This document shows, one piece after another, positions 38,120-48,806 of a stretch of DNA of 64,000 nt (its first letter is position 1; every line of letters starts with the position of its first letter). The position numbers and the translations under genes were made by a program. The notes beneath the pieces are model-generated. The model saw nothing but the letters and a program-made list of their open reading frames with translations, was not told the DNA's origin and did no database searches. Source of the stretch: Polyangiaceae bacterium (GTDB lineage: Bacteria; Myxococcota_A; Polyangia; Polyangiales; Polyangiaceae); assembly GCA_033763455.1 (NCBI GenBank), contig JANRKO010000031.1:11564-75563 (forward strand). The letters run 5' to 3'.

Positions 38120-38292
38120 ATCTTTTTCGGACCCGATAGCTGCAGCGCCATCGAAACCCCGCAGGCAATCCCGAGCTTACATTGCTCCAACTTGCACCCG
38201 GGAGCCGAGTCGAGCTAGCGACAGTCCGACCAAAATGAAGTGCACTTCGGAATAGTCTTGACTATTTTGAAGTGTGATTCATTATAGTCAAG

Positions 38293-39456
38293 GTGAAGAG
38301 GCAGCAGGAATCAGCGCTGAGGGCAGATTTGGCCAAGAAGCTAGTGCTCTTGGCCGGGCCACGCCAAGTTGGAAAAACAACCCTCTCCCGGTCCTTGAGT
38401 CCCCACCACTCCTATCTGAACTACGATAGTTCTGAGGATCGGAGGTTGCTCACAGCCAAGGAGTGGGATCGTGACGTTTCGCTCGTGATCTTTGACGAAC
38501 TCCACAAGATGCGAAAATGGAAAACTTGGCTCAAAGGTATCTATGACACTGAAGGGATCCCCCCGGGGATCCTGGTTACCGGTTCCGCGCACCTTGAGGT
38601 ATTCCGTCGCGGGGGCGACTCGTTGGCAGGTCGCTACTTCCTTCACCGTTTGCATCCATTTACCGTTCGTGAGCTTGGGCGACAGTTCGAGGCAGAGGAT
38701 GCACTAGAGCGCATCCTCACGGTTGGAGGGTTTCCCGAGCCTTTCCTGAATGGGGACGAACAATATGCCCGGCGCTGGCGAAGAAGCCATCTGGACGTGA
38801 TTCTGCGGCAGGATCTGCTGGATCTAGAGAAGGTGCGAGAAATTCGAAGCATCGAGGTTCTGGTCGAGTTGCTGCTCCTGCGAGTAGGCTCGACGGTATC
38901 ATTGAGTTCACTCGCACGGGACTTGCAGACGTCAGCACACACTGTAAAGCATTGGCTACAGATCCTCGAAAGCCTGTACGTCCTATTTCCCGTTCGTCCG
39001 TACCATCACAACATCGCGCGAAGCCTGCTCAAGGAATCAAAGTACTACTTCTACGACACTGGCGCGGTAGCTGACGCCGGGGCGGACCCGGGTGCGGTGC
39101 TTGAAAATGCTGTTGCGTGCGCGCTCCTTCGGGAACTTCACCTTGCCGAAGATCTCACCGGGAAAAAGGCGCAACTCTGCTTTCTGCGCGACAAAGAGAA
39201 GCGCGAAGTAGACTTTCTCCCAGTGCTCGATAAGAAGCCGCGTGAGCTTGTGGAGGTGAAGCTCAATGATGCAACTTTCTCGAAATCATTGCTCTATTTT
39301 CAAGATTTGTTGCCTACGGTGCCCGCAAGGCAGGTGGTAGGCGGCCTCAAGCAAGCCAAGGGCAGGGCGGAGCGCAACGCGCGTATGGTGCCGGCCGCCA
39401 AGTACCTGGAGGCACTTTCTTTTGTTTCGCCCAAGCTCCCCGCAACGTCACCGTAG
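38293..39456 (+). CDS. AAA_14/DUF4143 ATP-binding protein
   Basis: GPRQVGKT, FDELHK, VTGSA, DSLAGR, GGFPEP, KYYFYDTG, EVDF..VEVK. Confidence 0.93.
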   Translation: MKRQQESALRADLAKKLVLLAGPRQVGKTTLSRSLSPHHSYLNYDSSEDRRLLTAKEWDRDVSLVIFDELHKMRKWKTWLKGIYDTEGIPPGILVTGSAHLEVFRRGGDSLAGRYFLHRLHPFTVRELGRQFEAEDALERILTVGGFPEPFLNGDEQYARRWRRSHLDVILRQDLLDLEKVREIRSIEVLVELLLLRVGSTVSLSSLARDLQTSAHTVKHWLQILESLYVLFPVRPYHHNIARSLLKESKYYFYDTGAVADAGADPGAVLENAVACALLRELHLAEDLTGKKAQLCFLRDKEKREVDFLPVLDKKPRELVEVKLNDATFSKSLLYFQDLLPTVPARQVVGGLKQAKGRAERNARMVPAAKYLEALSFVSPKLPATSP

Positions 39457-39506
39457 TGGGCGGATGGGCCGCAATTGAATACTGGTGTCGCAACGTGTGC
39501 CACCGC

Positions 39507-39660
39507 TCATCCTCTTTCGGGCCGAATCGCAGGCAGGTTGCCGTGCCGCGCCACGAGCATCCGGGTGAGATGTTTGCGGATCGCCTCGACACGAGTGCGA
39601 CCGACGACTTGGGCCCACTCCGTTTCGAGGTCTCCATAGATCTTCCTGAATTTACCTGCC
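39507..39660 (-). pseudogene. Possible C-terminal fragment of a MarR-type regulator
   Basis: FRKIYGDLETEWAQVVGRTRVEAIRKHL..LPAIRP, closed upstream by an in-frame stop with no start. Confidence 0.35.
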
Positions 39661-39751
39661 TTCGTCGAAGTCCGGGGGGCGGACTGAGCTCACCAGTGGT
39701 CGCACTTTCCACGGACGCAGTGCGTACGGAGATCCTTTCGGCCTCAGCCCC

Positions 39752-40900
39752 TTGATGACCCCTTGGTCTGGACCCACGAAGGCGCCCGTGCCAAACCTCC
39801 GGGCTGTGGCGCTCAGACGTATCGTAAAAGCCACCCTCTTCTCCGCTATATCGGCGAGCGCTGTGGTTGGTAAGGCAGCAGCCGCCAAAGCGGCATCACT
39901 CTCTGTTGAGTGGGCGCCGCAGGCTATCTGCACGCCGCCTGCCGACCTTGAACGGCTCGTATCTCCATTGCTTGGGCAACGTCCCGATGCTCTCCTCAAA
40001 GAGGATTTGCGAGTGCGGTTATCCCTCGCTCAAAATACCGCACAGCAAGCGCCTGTCGCGCCAGGCGCTCCCGCAGCCCCAAGCTCGAGCCCAAGCCTCT
40101 GGGTGTTGATTGCCATGCACTCGCCCAGCAGTTCCTTTGAGCGCAGATTGGGGGCTCCAGATTGTGCTCAGGCGGCGGAGGCCACTGCCCTGGTGATTGC
40201 GCTAGCGATTGATCCACTTGCTCTGGTGCAAACACGTGACGGCTTGGTAGCTCCGCCGACAACAACGCCCGGCGCGACAACCCCAGGTACGCTTCCGCAA
40301 TATGTCGCACCCGTTGCGCCGCCCCTGGCCGTGCCGGTGACGGACAAATCGACCACTGTTCGCCCCAAAACAACACTGGATCGTGAGCCCCTGATACGTG
40401 CCTTCCACCTAGAAGCTGGCCCGGCATTCGACGCAGGTACTCTGCCAAAACCGCGAGTGGGAATTTCCGCTGCGGTAGCGCTGAGCTTGAGTGCGCTCCG
40501 GGCCGAGGTTGGTTTTGTTTGGTTACCGAGCACCAGCGAACCCATCGTGAACAGCAACGGACGTATTCAGGCGTCTCTTTCCGCGGGCCAAGCACGGCTT
40601 TGTTGGTTCACCGGTTCGAAAGCACACGGTGCCATCAGCCTCGGTCTCGAAGGCGGCGAACTCAGCGCTGAAAGTGTCAACGTGACTACACCCGGCAGCG
40701 GCTCAACGTTTTGGGTGGCAGGCTTGCTTGGGGCACGTGCAGACTTCGAATTGGTAACGAACACTCTTGCGCTCTGGGCACGGCCTGAGCTCGTGGTGCC
40801 TTTCGCGCGGCGAGGTTTCACCGTGGTAGGGCCAGGCAGCACGTACGAGCCTTCAGTTGTATCGGGGCGAGGCACCCTAGGGTTGCAGGGCACATTCTGA
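39752..40900 (+). CDS. Exported protein with probable C-terminal beta-barrel (same architecture as 11522..12532)
   Basis: WAP..C, FERRLGAPDCAQAAEATALVIALAIDP, Pro/Thr linker, amphipathic strands, terminal Phe. Confidence 0.7.
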   Translation: MMTPWSGPTKAPVPNLRAVALRRIVKATLFSAISASAVVGKAAAAKAASLSVEWAPQAICTPPADLERLVSPLLGQRPDALLKEDLRVRLSLAQNTAQQAPVAPGAPAAPSSSPSLWVLIAMHSPSSSFERRLGAPDCAQAAEATALVIALAIDPLALVQTRDGLVAPPTTTPGATTPGTLPQYVAPVAPPLAVPVTDKSTTVRPKTTLDREPLIRAFHLEAGPAFDAGTLPKPRVGISAAVALSLSALRAEVGFVWLPSTSEPIVNSNGRIQASLSAGQARLCWFTGSKAHGAISLGLEGGELSAESVNVTTPGSGSTFWVAGLLGARADFELVTNTLALWARPELVVPFARRGFTVVGPGSTYEPSVVSGRGTLGLQGTF

Positions 40901-41050
40901 GCGCCCTATTACCTACCCTAGAACGTACCTGAGACTTCACTCAATTCGCGCCACAACAGGCTAGTTTAGAAAACTTCACCGACCATTTCACTTCCTAAAA
41001 GAGCGGCCACTCACTCAACACACGCTTTACTTTGAAAGGTGGGTAACAAA

Positions 41051-41743
41051 ATGCCGCTCATACACGCTTCCCGTTCACGCCTACTATCGCTCACCGCGCT
41101 GCTAGTCGCGACACAAGCTGCGAATTGCTCGGGAGGAAGCAAGATACCAATAGGCTCCGATGGAGAGCTACCGGCAGGAGGTGCCGTCATCGCCTCAGGT
41201 GGCAGCTCAAACTCCTCGGGCGGCGTCATGAACACTGGTGGCGTCATGAACACTGGTGGCGCCATGAACACCGGTGGCGTCATGAACACCGGTGGTGCTG
41301 GTCAGAGTTGCACCGTGGATGGTGTGGTTTACCCTGATCGCGCGGTGGTGGGGCTCTGCCTTTGCTTGAACGGCACGGTGGGGCAATGCACAGGCGCTAT
41401 TCTTGACCCGCCATGCGGCGGAAATCTTGGTAATTGCGCGGCGGATGAATATTGTATGTATCCTCTAGGCGGGCAGGCCTGCACGGACGCGAATGCCAGG
41501 GGGATCTGCGTCAAGCGTCCCTTGGCTGAATCCTGCACTTCTCCTTCGGGGGGGCTTGCCGGTGCAATTGCTACTTGGGTTTGTGGCTGTGACGGGAAGA
41601 CCTACGCAGACCAGTGTAGGGCCCGCAGTGCGGGTACGGACGTTGCTACTGCGGACTTTACCATCTGCCCAATTCCGTGCATTGACCTAGAGAGCCCACG
41701 TTGCACGCGCGGCGACAGGTACTCACCCGAGCCTGCTCACTAA
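41051..41743 (+). CDS. Cys-rich lipoprotein with a Kazal-like domain
   Basis: Lipobox-like AANC; GGVMNT x4 (18-bp repeat, 41219-41290); VCGCDGKTYADQC. Confidence 0.78.
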   Translation: MPLIHASRSRLLSLTALLVATQAANCSGGSKIPIGSDGELPAGGAVIASGGSSNSSGGVMNTGGVMNTGGAMNTGGVMNTGGAGQSCTVDGVVYPDRAVVGLCLCLNGTVGQCTGAILDPPCGGNLGNCAADEYCMYPLGGQACTDANARGICVKRPLAESCTSPSGGLAGAIATWVCGCDGKTYADQCRARSAGTDVATADFTICPIPCIDLESPRCTRGDRYSPEPAH

Positions 41744-41841
41744 ATGGCACGGGCGGGCCCATCCCGGCCGCCTCACACCCGTCCGCTCCGAATCGCACCG
41801 AACTGCGGGACGCGTTCGCGCGTTCGCGCGTTCTTTCGCCC

Positions 41842-43854
41842 TCAAACTTTGTCCACGCGGCGCCAGAAATCCGCGACTTCAGCGAGATTTTCTGCGCGCC
41901 GTGCGGGAGGCAACGCCCCGAGCAACTTCTTGCCGTACGAGCGAGTTACCGCTCGTTCATCCAGCAACACGACGATGCCGCGATCATCTTGGGTGCGGAT
42001 CAAGCGCCCGAAACCTTGCTTCAGAGTGATCGCCGCCTGCGGAACGAACAGTTCCATGAACGGGTTCTTTCCTTGCTCTTCGAGCACTGTTGAGCGAGCA
42101 CGTAAAACCGGTTCGCTCGGCACGGGGAAGGGAAGCTTTTCGATAATCACGAGGCGAAGCGCGCGCCCCGGAACATCTACGCCTTGCCAGAAGCTCATGG
42201 TGGCTACAAGCACCGCATTTTCGCTCGCCCTGAACTGCTCCAAGAGCAGTGTCTTGCTGGCCGTGCCTTGCAAGAGCACAGGATAGCCCTGAAGCTTGGC
42301 CTTCAAGATACCGTGGATGAGCCGCATGGATTTCACCGACGTGCAAAGCACAAAGCAGCCGCCTTCGGTGATGCGCACCAATTCCTCAGCTTGTGCGGCC
42401 GCGGCATTCACAAAGCCTGGATGGTTCGGCTCGGGTAGCCCGCGAGCAACGTAAAGCAGCGCGGCTTTATCGTAGTTGAAAGGTGATGCCACGCGCAGCT
42501 CTTCCACGGCGAGATCTTCGTCGATACCGAGGCGCGCACGAATATACGAAAATGCGTCCGCCACCGGGCCGCGGCTCTCGGACGTTGAAAGCGTAGCGCT
42601 CGTGAGCACCACCGAGCCTATCGCATCGAACACTCGCTCTCGGAATGTTGAGCGCACTTCAACGGGTGTGGAAACTAGCCGGAGCGAGCGTTCGCTCACA
42701 TCCAACCAGGTTACGCGCCCGCGACCACCCTCCACAACAATCGCCAGATCTTGGCGAATGGTTTGGGCTCGCCGAGCGACAACGTCTAGAGCTTCGCGAA
42801 CTGCACCACGCGTGGTGCCCTCAGTAAGCTTGCTACCCAAGCTCGTTGCTCCAAGACCCAGCGCCTCCAGCGTTGCGTCCACGCCATGCCAAAGCCGAAT
42901 AAGCTCTTTCGACCAAACATCTCGCTCTAACGTGACGCGCGATTCGTTAGCTGGCAGAAGCGTTCGCAACATGGACCAGAAAGCGTTCGCGGCATTGCGC
43001 GCCTGATCGGCGACCCTCAAAATGTCCGCCCCTGAAAAGAGTGGACCAGAAAGCGCTGGGATCTGCTCAAAATCTCGCACCAGGCGCTCCACGCCCGAAC
43101 TCGAGACGGAGGAGCCGAAAAAATTCGTGGCGATGTCTTCCAGCTGGTGAGCTTCGTCGAAGATCACCGCGTCGTAATCAGGCAACACACGCCCGGGATG
43201 TGGACCGCGCAATGCAAGATCCGCAAAAAACAAATGATGATTCACCACCACGAGCCGGGCTCGCTCAGCATCTCGCTTCATGCGCGTAACGAAGCACTCG
43301 TCGTAAAATTGGCACGTGGGCCCCACGCGTGTGTCGCTCGAAGAGGTGACCTGGGACCACAAATCGTCGTCTTCGGCGAGCCCTTCGGCCTCTGCTAAAT
43401 CACCGCTCGTTGTGTTCTCCACGAAGGTGTTAAGAACACGCAAACGTTTGCCAAGGTGTGGCTGGGATGCGGCCTCGCTCGCTAGGAATTGCCGATAACG
43501 CCGCTTACAAACGTAGTTTGAAAGTCCTTTCATAAGAGCCACTTCGGGCTCTTTCCCGAGGGCCCTCGCGATGAGCGGCAGATCTTTTTTGAAGATCTGT
43601 TCCTGAAGCGCGCGGGTGGCGGTGGATACCATCAGCTTCTTTCCCGAAAGCAGCGCTGGTAGAAGGTAGGCGAGCGTCTTGCCCGTGCCCGTGCCGGCTT
43701 CGCACAAGAGCACGCGCTCTTCGTCGAGAGCGCGGAACACCGCATCAGCCATTTGAATTTGACCTTCGCGACTCTCGTAGCGTGAAAGAGCGCGAGCTAT
43801 CGGCCCATCTGCACCGAGGAGCGCTTGAGCTTGGCTGTTTGGTAATGATGTCAC
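41842..43854 (-). CDS. DinG/YoaA family ATP-dependent DNA helicase
   Basis: EAGTGTGKT, Fe-S cysteines (NYVC, C..Y..C), DEAH, TSATL, WQGVD, KLPF, QGFGRLIR. Confidence 0.95.
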   Translation of the reverse strand: MTSLPNSQAQALLGADGPIARALSRYESREGQIQMADAVFRALDEERVLLCEAGTGTGKTLAYLLPALLSGKKLMVSTATRALQEQIFKKDLPLIARALGKEPEVALMKGLSNYVCKRRYRQFLASEAASQPHLGKRLRVLNTFVENTTSGDLAEAEGLAEDDDLWSQVTSSSDTRVGPTCQFYDECFVTRMKRDAERARLVVVNHHLFFADLALRGPHPGRVLPDYDAVIFDEAHQLEDIATNFFGSSVSSSGVERLVRDFEQIPALSGPLFSGADILRVADQARNAANAFWSMLRTLLPANESRVTLERDVWSKELIRLWHGVDATLEALGLGATSLGSKLTEGTTRGAVREALDVVARRAQTIRQDLAIVVEGGRGRVTWLDVSERSLRLVSTPVEVRSTFRERVFDAIGSVVLTSATLSTSESRGPVADAFSYIRARLGIDEDLAVEELRVASPFNYDKAALLYVARGLPEPNHPGFVNAAAAQAEELVRITEGGCFVLCTSVKSMRLIHGILKAKLQGYPVLLQGTASKTLLLEQFRASENAVLVATMSFWQGVDVPGRALRLVIIEKLPFPVPSEPVLRARSTVLEEQGKNPFMELFVPQAAITLKQGFGRLIRTQDDRGIVVLLDERAVTRSYGKKLLGALPPARRAENLAEVADFWRRVDKV

Positions 43855-43871
43855 GAGCGGGGGCTGCGTGG

Positions 43872-44204
43872 CTACGCTAGCTCATCCGGAGGGGACGGTA
43901 TGGAACCTTCTACATCCAAGAACTGCAGCCCCGCGATTTCGCCGTCAGCTTGATGGCGCAGCCAAGCAACGCGCACTCGACGCGAAGGCCCCTCTTGCTC
44001 AGACATCCAGAAATCGTAATCCGCACCCTCCAGCACCGGATCTTCCAGAACCACACGGACCCCACCACGACTCACGTTGAGCGTCCACCCGGTGATCGCT
44101 GCCCCTTCACTACTCTTTAAAAAAACGTGCTCGGAAGCTTCGTGGCGTGAGCCGCCAGCGCTCCTGCGCTGGGGAGGTCGAGAACTACCGCCAAGAATCG
44201 CCAC
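43872..44204 (-). CDS. Single PilZ domain protein
   Basis: NVSRGGVRV, RVRVAW, AGLQF; RxxxR spacing non-canonical. Confidence 0.75.
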   Translation of the reverse strand: MAILGGSSRPPQRRSAGGSRHEASEHVFLKSSEGAAITGWTLNVSRGGVRVVLEDPVLEGADYDFWMSEQEGPSRRVRVAWLRHQADGEIAGLQFLDVEGSIPSPPDELA

Positions 44205-44393
44205 CGACGAATGCTAACCATAAATAGGGCACTGCTGCAAAGGTGCGGTTGCGCACTCGTAGGTGCCACTGGCACGGGGCACGCGGCCCCGCTTGACGTA
44301 CTTAGGTCCCATCGATAATGCTGCTGAGCGATTGCAGGTTCCAAAGCTCTCCTCGTTCCGACGCTTTTTCTCCTCGTAGGTTAGTTGAAGAGC

Positions 44394-44828
44394 ATGAGTC
44401 TAGAAGACCCCAAAGAGCTCAAACGGCGACTCGTTCAAGAGGGATTTCAGATTTATCGTACACTTGCGGACCGTGTGGTTCTTGCCGAACGCGTTCGGGA
44501 CAATCTGATTATGGAAAGCGGCGTTGCCGCGGGCCTGTCACGCGATGTGTACGTCACCGTGCGGGCCCAGCGTCGCGATTTTCCCCAAGCTTCGGAAGCT
44601 CAGCTGTTTGAGCATGCGCGAGAACTCGCCACCCAGCCCCTCGGCCGCGGCTACCTCGAACACGCGTCGAATGTGGTGCCCGTCCATGACCCGGGGGACC
44701 CTAACAAGATCCTGGATACCAGGTTTGAAATCACCCTCAAGCGCCCCATCGCCGACGACGCCGAACTGTTCAACGAGCTTCGTTTCCTTCTGAGCCTCAA
44801 GAAAAGCAGCGCCCCGGACGAAGGCTAG
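44394..44828 (+). CDS. Hypothetical protein
   Basis: Clean ORF with RVRDNLIMESG and DPGDP motifs. Confidence 0.7.
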   Translation: MSLEDPKELKRRLVQEGFQIYRTLADRVVLAERVRDNLIMESGVAAGLSRDVYVTVRAQRRDFPQASEAQLFEHARELATQPLGRGYLEHASNVVPVHDPGDPNKILDTRFEITLKRPIADDAELFNELRFLLSLKKSSAPDEG

Positions 44829-44994
44829 CCCGAGGATAAACGCGTTGTGAGTCGCAGGCCGGCCTGCTAGCTCGGGTCGCTGGCGGCGTGAGTTTCGCCT
44901 CGACTTTCGGCCAATGGACCCGAAAAAAGCCTCGTGCTAGGTTCCGCGCCCCTTCGGGCTCGGGCTCGAAATTACGCAAGAGGACAACCTAAAA

Positions 44995-46722
44995 ATGCTC
45001 AGTTTGTTTCGCCAGGGCGGAGTGGCCCAAGTCCTTTTGGGCGGCGTCGTGCTTACGATTATCTTGGTGTTCGTCCTCGAGTTCCGGCGCGGCGGGGGAA
45101 CAGACATGGGCACCCTGAAGGAGGAGTGCGCCGTTGAGGTGCAGGGCTACTGCGTTACGCCGAAGGAGTTCAACGCCGCCTTGGGCTTGGTTTCGGTGCC
45201 CGGCCTTGAACCAAAGGAAATGAAGCGCCTCAAGCTTCAAGAACGCGTGATGGACGGACTTATCGAACGCGAACTGCTGCTCAAAGTCGCAGAAAAGTAC
45301 GACCTTAGCACCAGCGACGACGCGCTCGACGAAGAGCTCATTCACGGCCACGCCCACGTCTCTTTACCAGCAGCAGATGCCGCGCAAATCGGCTACTACT
45401 TGCTCCTGTGTCGTCACGATCCCGCAGGCCGAGGCTGCGAACCTGGCGGCCCCACCGAAGTGCGTAAGCTGCGCGTTGAGGGCCCGGATGGTGTATTTGA
45501 TCCAAAGCTTTACGAGCGTGAGCTTCGTTATCGAGCCAACCGCGGCCCGAAGGAATTTAAAGAAATGCAGCGGCGCGAAGTCACCGCAGCACGCATGCGC
45601 GATTTGGTCCGCACGCGCGTGCAGGTTTCCGACGAAGAAGCTTTCTCACTGTTTGAAAAAGAGCGTTCCCGCGCCACCGTACGCTACGCACAGTTGAACC
45701 GCGATTGGTTTGCAAAATTCGCAGTTGCAGCCTCCAAAGAAATGGTTGCCACCTGGGCCTCCACGCACGCTTCCGAGGTGGATGCCGCAGTGAAACTGGA
45801 GAAAGATCGCTTTAAAGAGAACTGCCCACTCGTAAGTGAAATCCGCGTAGATTTTCTTCCCGGCGCCTCCGATTCAGACAAGACGCTGACCCGCGAACGG
45901 ATCGACGCCGCCCTCGACCGCTTGAATAAACCAGGTACGAAGGAAACGTTTGCCGACGTTGCGCGTGAGGTGAGTGATGCTCCGAGCAGTATGCTTGGCG
46001 GCCGTGTTGGCTGCCTCGACGCGTCCTATGGTGCCGGCGCCGAGGAGCTGCTGAAGGCCGTTGGGACGCTCAAGCCCGGCAAGAGGTCTGGAGTGGTGGA
46101 GACGGAAAACGGCTACCACATCGTGCAGCTCGATGGCCTCCTTGCCAAAGGCGATATCGACAAGGTGGCTCGAGAGCTCGTGGAGACACGCTTGGCCGTG
46201 CAAGCCAGCGCGCAAACCTTGTTGGAGAGCTTTGCAAAAGCCGCGGTGGAGCAGACACAAGCTGGCCGCCCGTTGAGCGACGTTATAACCGCCCTTGCGC
46301 GCGAATACGCCCGCGTACCAAAAAAGAGCGAAACGGCTCCAGCGCTGGAAGCGGCGAGCCGACCCAAAGTAGAGATCAGCGCGCCATTTGCCATTCGAGA
46401 TCAACCCATCACCACAGCACTTCCGAGCGAGGCTGTGGCGCAGAAGGTTTTTGCGCTGAAGAAGGTCGATGAGTTTCTTCCAAGCCCCGTTAAAACCAGC
46501 GAGGGCCTCTGCCTCGTGCAACTTAAAGAAAAGGATCTTGCAACCCGAGCGCAGTTTGACAAGGACAAGGCGCTCCTGATGCGAGGCCTAAAGCAGGTGC
46601 GCGCCCAAGAGGCTCTCACGGGCTACGTGGCTGATCTTCGCAAGAAGGCCGAAAAGGAAATCAAAGTGAACCCGGCTTTCTTGCCTAAGGCAAACGCCAA
46701 AGACGCCGAGCCCGCCGGTTGA
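44995..46722 (+). CDS. SurA/PpiD-like membrane-anchored parvulin PPIase chaperone
   Basis: N-terminal TM, SurA-N-like region, FADVAREVSD..GGRVG..SGVVETENGYHIV. Confidence 0.85.
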   Translation: MLSLFRQGGVAQVLLGGVVLTIILVFVLEFRRGGGTDMGTLKEECAVEVQGYCVTPKEFNAALGLVSVPGLEPKEMKRLKLQERVMDGLIERELLLKVAEKYDLSTSDDALDEELIHGHAHVSLPAADAAQIGYYLLLCRHDPAGRGCEPGGPTEVRKLRVEGPDGVFDPKLYERELRYRANRGPKEFKEMQRREVTAARMRDLVRTRVQVSDEEAFSLFEKERSRATVRYAQLNRDWFAKFAVAASKEMVATWASTHASEVDAAVKLEKDRFKENCPLVSEIRVDFLPGASDSDKTLTRERIDAALDRLNKPGTKETFADVAREVSDAPSSMLGGRVGCLDASYGAGAEELLKAVGTLKPGKRSGVVETENGYHIVQLDGLLAKGDIDKVARELVETRLAVQASAQTLLESFAKAAVEQTQAGRPLSDVITALAREYARVPKKSETAPALEAASRPKVEISAPFAIRDQPITTALPSEAVAQKVFALKKVDEFLPSPVKTSEGLCLVQLKEKDLATRAQFDKDKALLMRGLKQVRAQEALTGYVADLRKKAEKEIKVNPAFLPKANAKDAEPAG

Positions 46723-46747
46723 TGCAACCGCTCGGCGTCGAACTGAG

Positions 46748-48040
46748 ATGAAGCCCCTTGCCGCACTTGCCTCCGAGGTAACCCGCCTCGGCTCCGGCCT
46801 GACCGTTCACACCATCGCCATGCCCAATGTGCATCGCATGGTGCTAAACGCACACCTGCGCATTGGCCCGCGCTTTGAAGCCGCGAAAGATAATGGCCTC
46901 AGCCACTTTCTGGAACACATGTTGTTCCGCGGCACTACCACGCACCCTTCCGCGCACCTACAGGCCCTCGCCTACGAACGCTTGGGCGGAACGTTACAAG
47001 GCGCCACCTACGCGGATCACGGCACCCTTTCGATCAGTTTTCCTCCTGAGAATTTCGAGCCCATTCTGCAATTGCTCGGCGAAACTATGTTGGCGCCTGT
47101 GTTTAGCGCCATCGAAATTGAGCGCGGAATTGTGCGCGAGGAAATCCTTGAAGGGCTCGATGAAGACGGTCAGCTTGTAGAAGCAGAGACCCTCGTTCGC
47201 GCGCTCAGCTTCCAAGATCACCCGCTCAGCTACCCCATCATTGGCCAGCGCGATCACCTCGACGGTTTCGACGAAGCAGCCCTCGCGCGGCACCACCGCG
47301 CCCACTACACCGCCAATAACTGCGTCATCTCAGTCGCCGGGCCCTTGGATGCGGAAGCCGTAACACGTGGCGTGGAAAACACATTCCGCGCCCTGCCCCA
47401 GGGAGCGGTGCCGCAAAGCCCCCCGCCACCCCAACAAAAAGGAGCGCGCGCGCGCTTCGTACAACACAACAGCAGCCAAACGGCGCTGCGCCTCGTGTTC
47501 CGTGCACCCCAAGAGCACGCGCCCATGGAGCCGGCCTGCGACATGTTGCTGCGCATTCTCGACGACGGCATGTCGACGCGGCTGTACCACCGGATCTGCG
47601 ATTCCCAGGGGCTTTGTTACGACGCAAGCGCCGGATACGAAACCTATACAGATACCGGCTTAGTGGAGCTCGGGGCAGATGCTTCTCACGAACGGGCACC
47701 TTACGTGGCCGAAGAGTTACTGCGCTTGACCGAAGAGTTGCGGCAAGCTCCGCCACGAGACGCGGAGCTTGCCAAAGCGCGCGCTCGGCTCCGTTGGCAG
47801 ATGGACATGCTGCTCGATGAACCGGAATCTTGTGCTGAGTTTTTCGCTCTGGGCGAGCTCTCCGGTCGTCCTGATTCACCTGCCGTACGGTTGGAACAGT
47901 TGCTCAGCGTGAGCGCCGCCGACATCCAGGCCGCTGCAGCTCACGTATTTCAGGGCTCGGGTCTTTCAGGCGTGGCGGTAGGAATGTTGACGCGCAAGCA
48001 GCAGCAAGCATTTGAAGAAATGCTCTTGGGCTATCGCTGA
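46748..48040 (+). CDS. M16 family zinc peptidase
   Basis: GLSHFLEHMLFRGT, ERGIVREE, MSTRLY..GLCY. Confidence 0.93.
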   Translation: MKPLAALASEVTRLGSGLTVHTIAMPNVHRMVLNAHLRIGPRFEAAKDNGLSHFLEHMLFRGTTTHPSAHLQALAYERLGGTLQGATYADHGTLSISFPPENFEPILQLLGETMLAPVFSAIEIERGIVREEILEGLDEDGQLVEAETLVRALSFQDHPLSYPIIGQRDHLDGFDEAALARHHRAHYTANNCVISVAGPLDAEAVTRGVENTFRALPQGAVPQSPPPPQQKGARARFVQHNSSQTALRLVFRAPQEHAPMEPACDMLLRILDDGMSTRLYHRICDSQGLCYDASAGYETYTDTGLVELGADASHERAPYVAEELLRLTEELRQAPPRDAELAKARARLRWQMDMLLDEPESCAEFFALGELSGRPDSPAVRLEQLLSVSAADIQAAAAHVFQGSGLSGVAVGMLTRKQQQAFEEMLLGYR

Positions 48041-48075
48041 GGTTTCCTGGCCGTGCCCCAACGCAGGCCAGCAGC

Positions 48076-48468
48076 CTACCCCGGAAGTCTTCGGCGCATT
48101 GAGCGCGGCTCCGCACTCTCTTCCGCGGCATCTTCACGCACCAACGTTTCGGCGATGCGTAACACACGCTGTCGTGTAGCGGGGCTGGCTCCGCGTAGGA
48201 GCGTGCTCAAACGATCTTCGCGTTGTTTTGGGCGCGTGGGGGCAACAAAAAGCTCAGCCACGTCCACACCGAGCGCTGCGCTCAAACGCACCAGCGTATC
48301 GAGCGAAGGGTTGGCGTTGGCAGACGGCTTATCTCGCACCACGCGCTCCAGGCGCGCCACTGTCTCCACGGTAACACCTGCGCGGAGCGCGAGCGTTGCT
48401 TGGGTCAGCTCAGCACTCTTCCTCAACTCTCGAACGCGTTCAGCGAGGAGCAGCGCGACGTCTTTCAT
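48076..48468 (-). CDS. XRE/HTH_3 transcriptional regulator
   Basis: RVRELRKSAELTQATLA..VARLER..NPSLDTLVRLSAALGV. Confidence 0.88.
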   Translation of the reverse strand: MKDVALLLAERVRELRKSAELTQATLALRAGVTVETVARLERVVRDKPSANANPSLDTLVRLSAALGVDVAELFVAPTRPKQREDRLSTLLRGASPATRQRVLRIAETLVREDAAEESAEPRSMRRRLPG

Positions 48469-48806
48469 TCGGGATCACTTCCGGTGTTCTCACGTAGATC
48501 AGCCTCTGGCCTTTGTCAGTCAATTTTTTGTGACAAAGTTTGTGGCATCTAGCCCTCAGCATGGAGAACCAGGCGAGTATTCCGGGTACTACGTGGTGCA
48601 GGTCTAGACGTCCACGCGAGGGAATACGGCTGTGGTAGCACATGTTTCGCGGGAACCACGAACAGTGATGGGTGCCACATTTCACACGCGCACCGGCACA
48701 CGCAATCTGTAAAGCTAAATCAGTAACAGCACCTGGCACGGTGCCTCGCGGAGTAGATGGGCTTCCGGAAGAGTGCACCGCCGCGGTCGAAAAGCTAGCC
48801 GCTCAC

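Noticed and set aside
44268..48750. Additional sigma54 promoters at TGGCAC near 44270 and 48734
   Set aside because: -12 element is poor or off by one base
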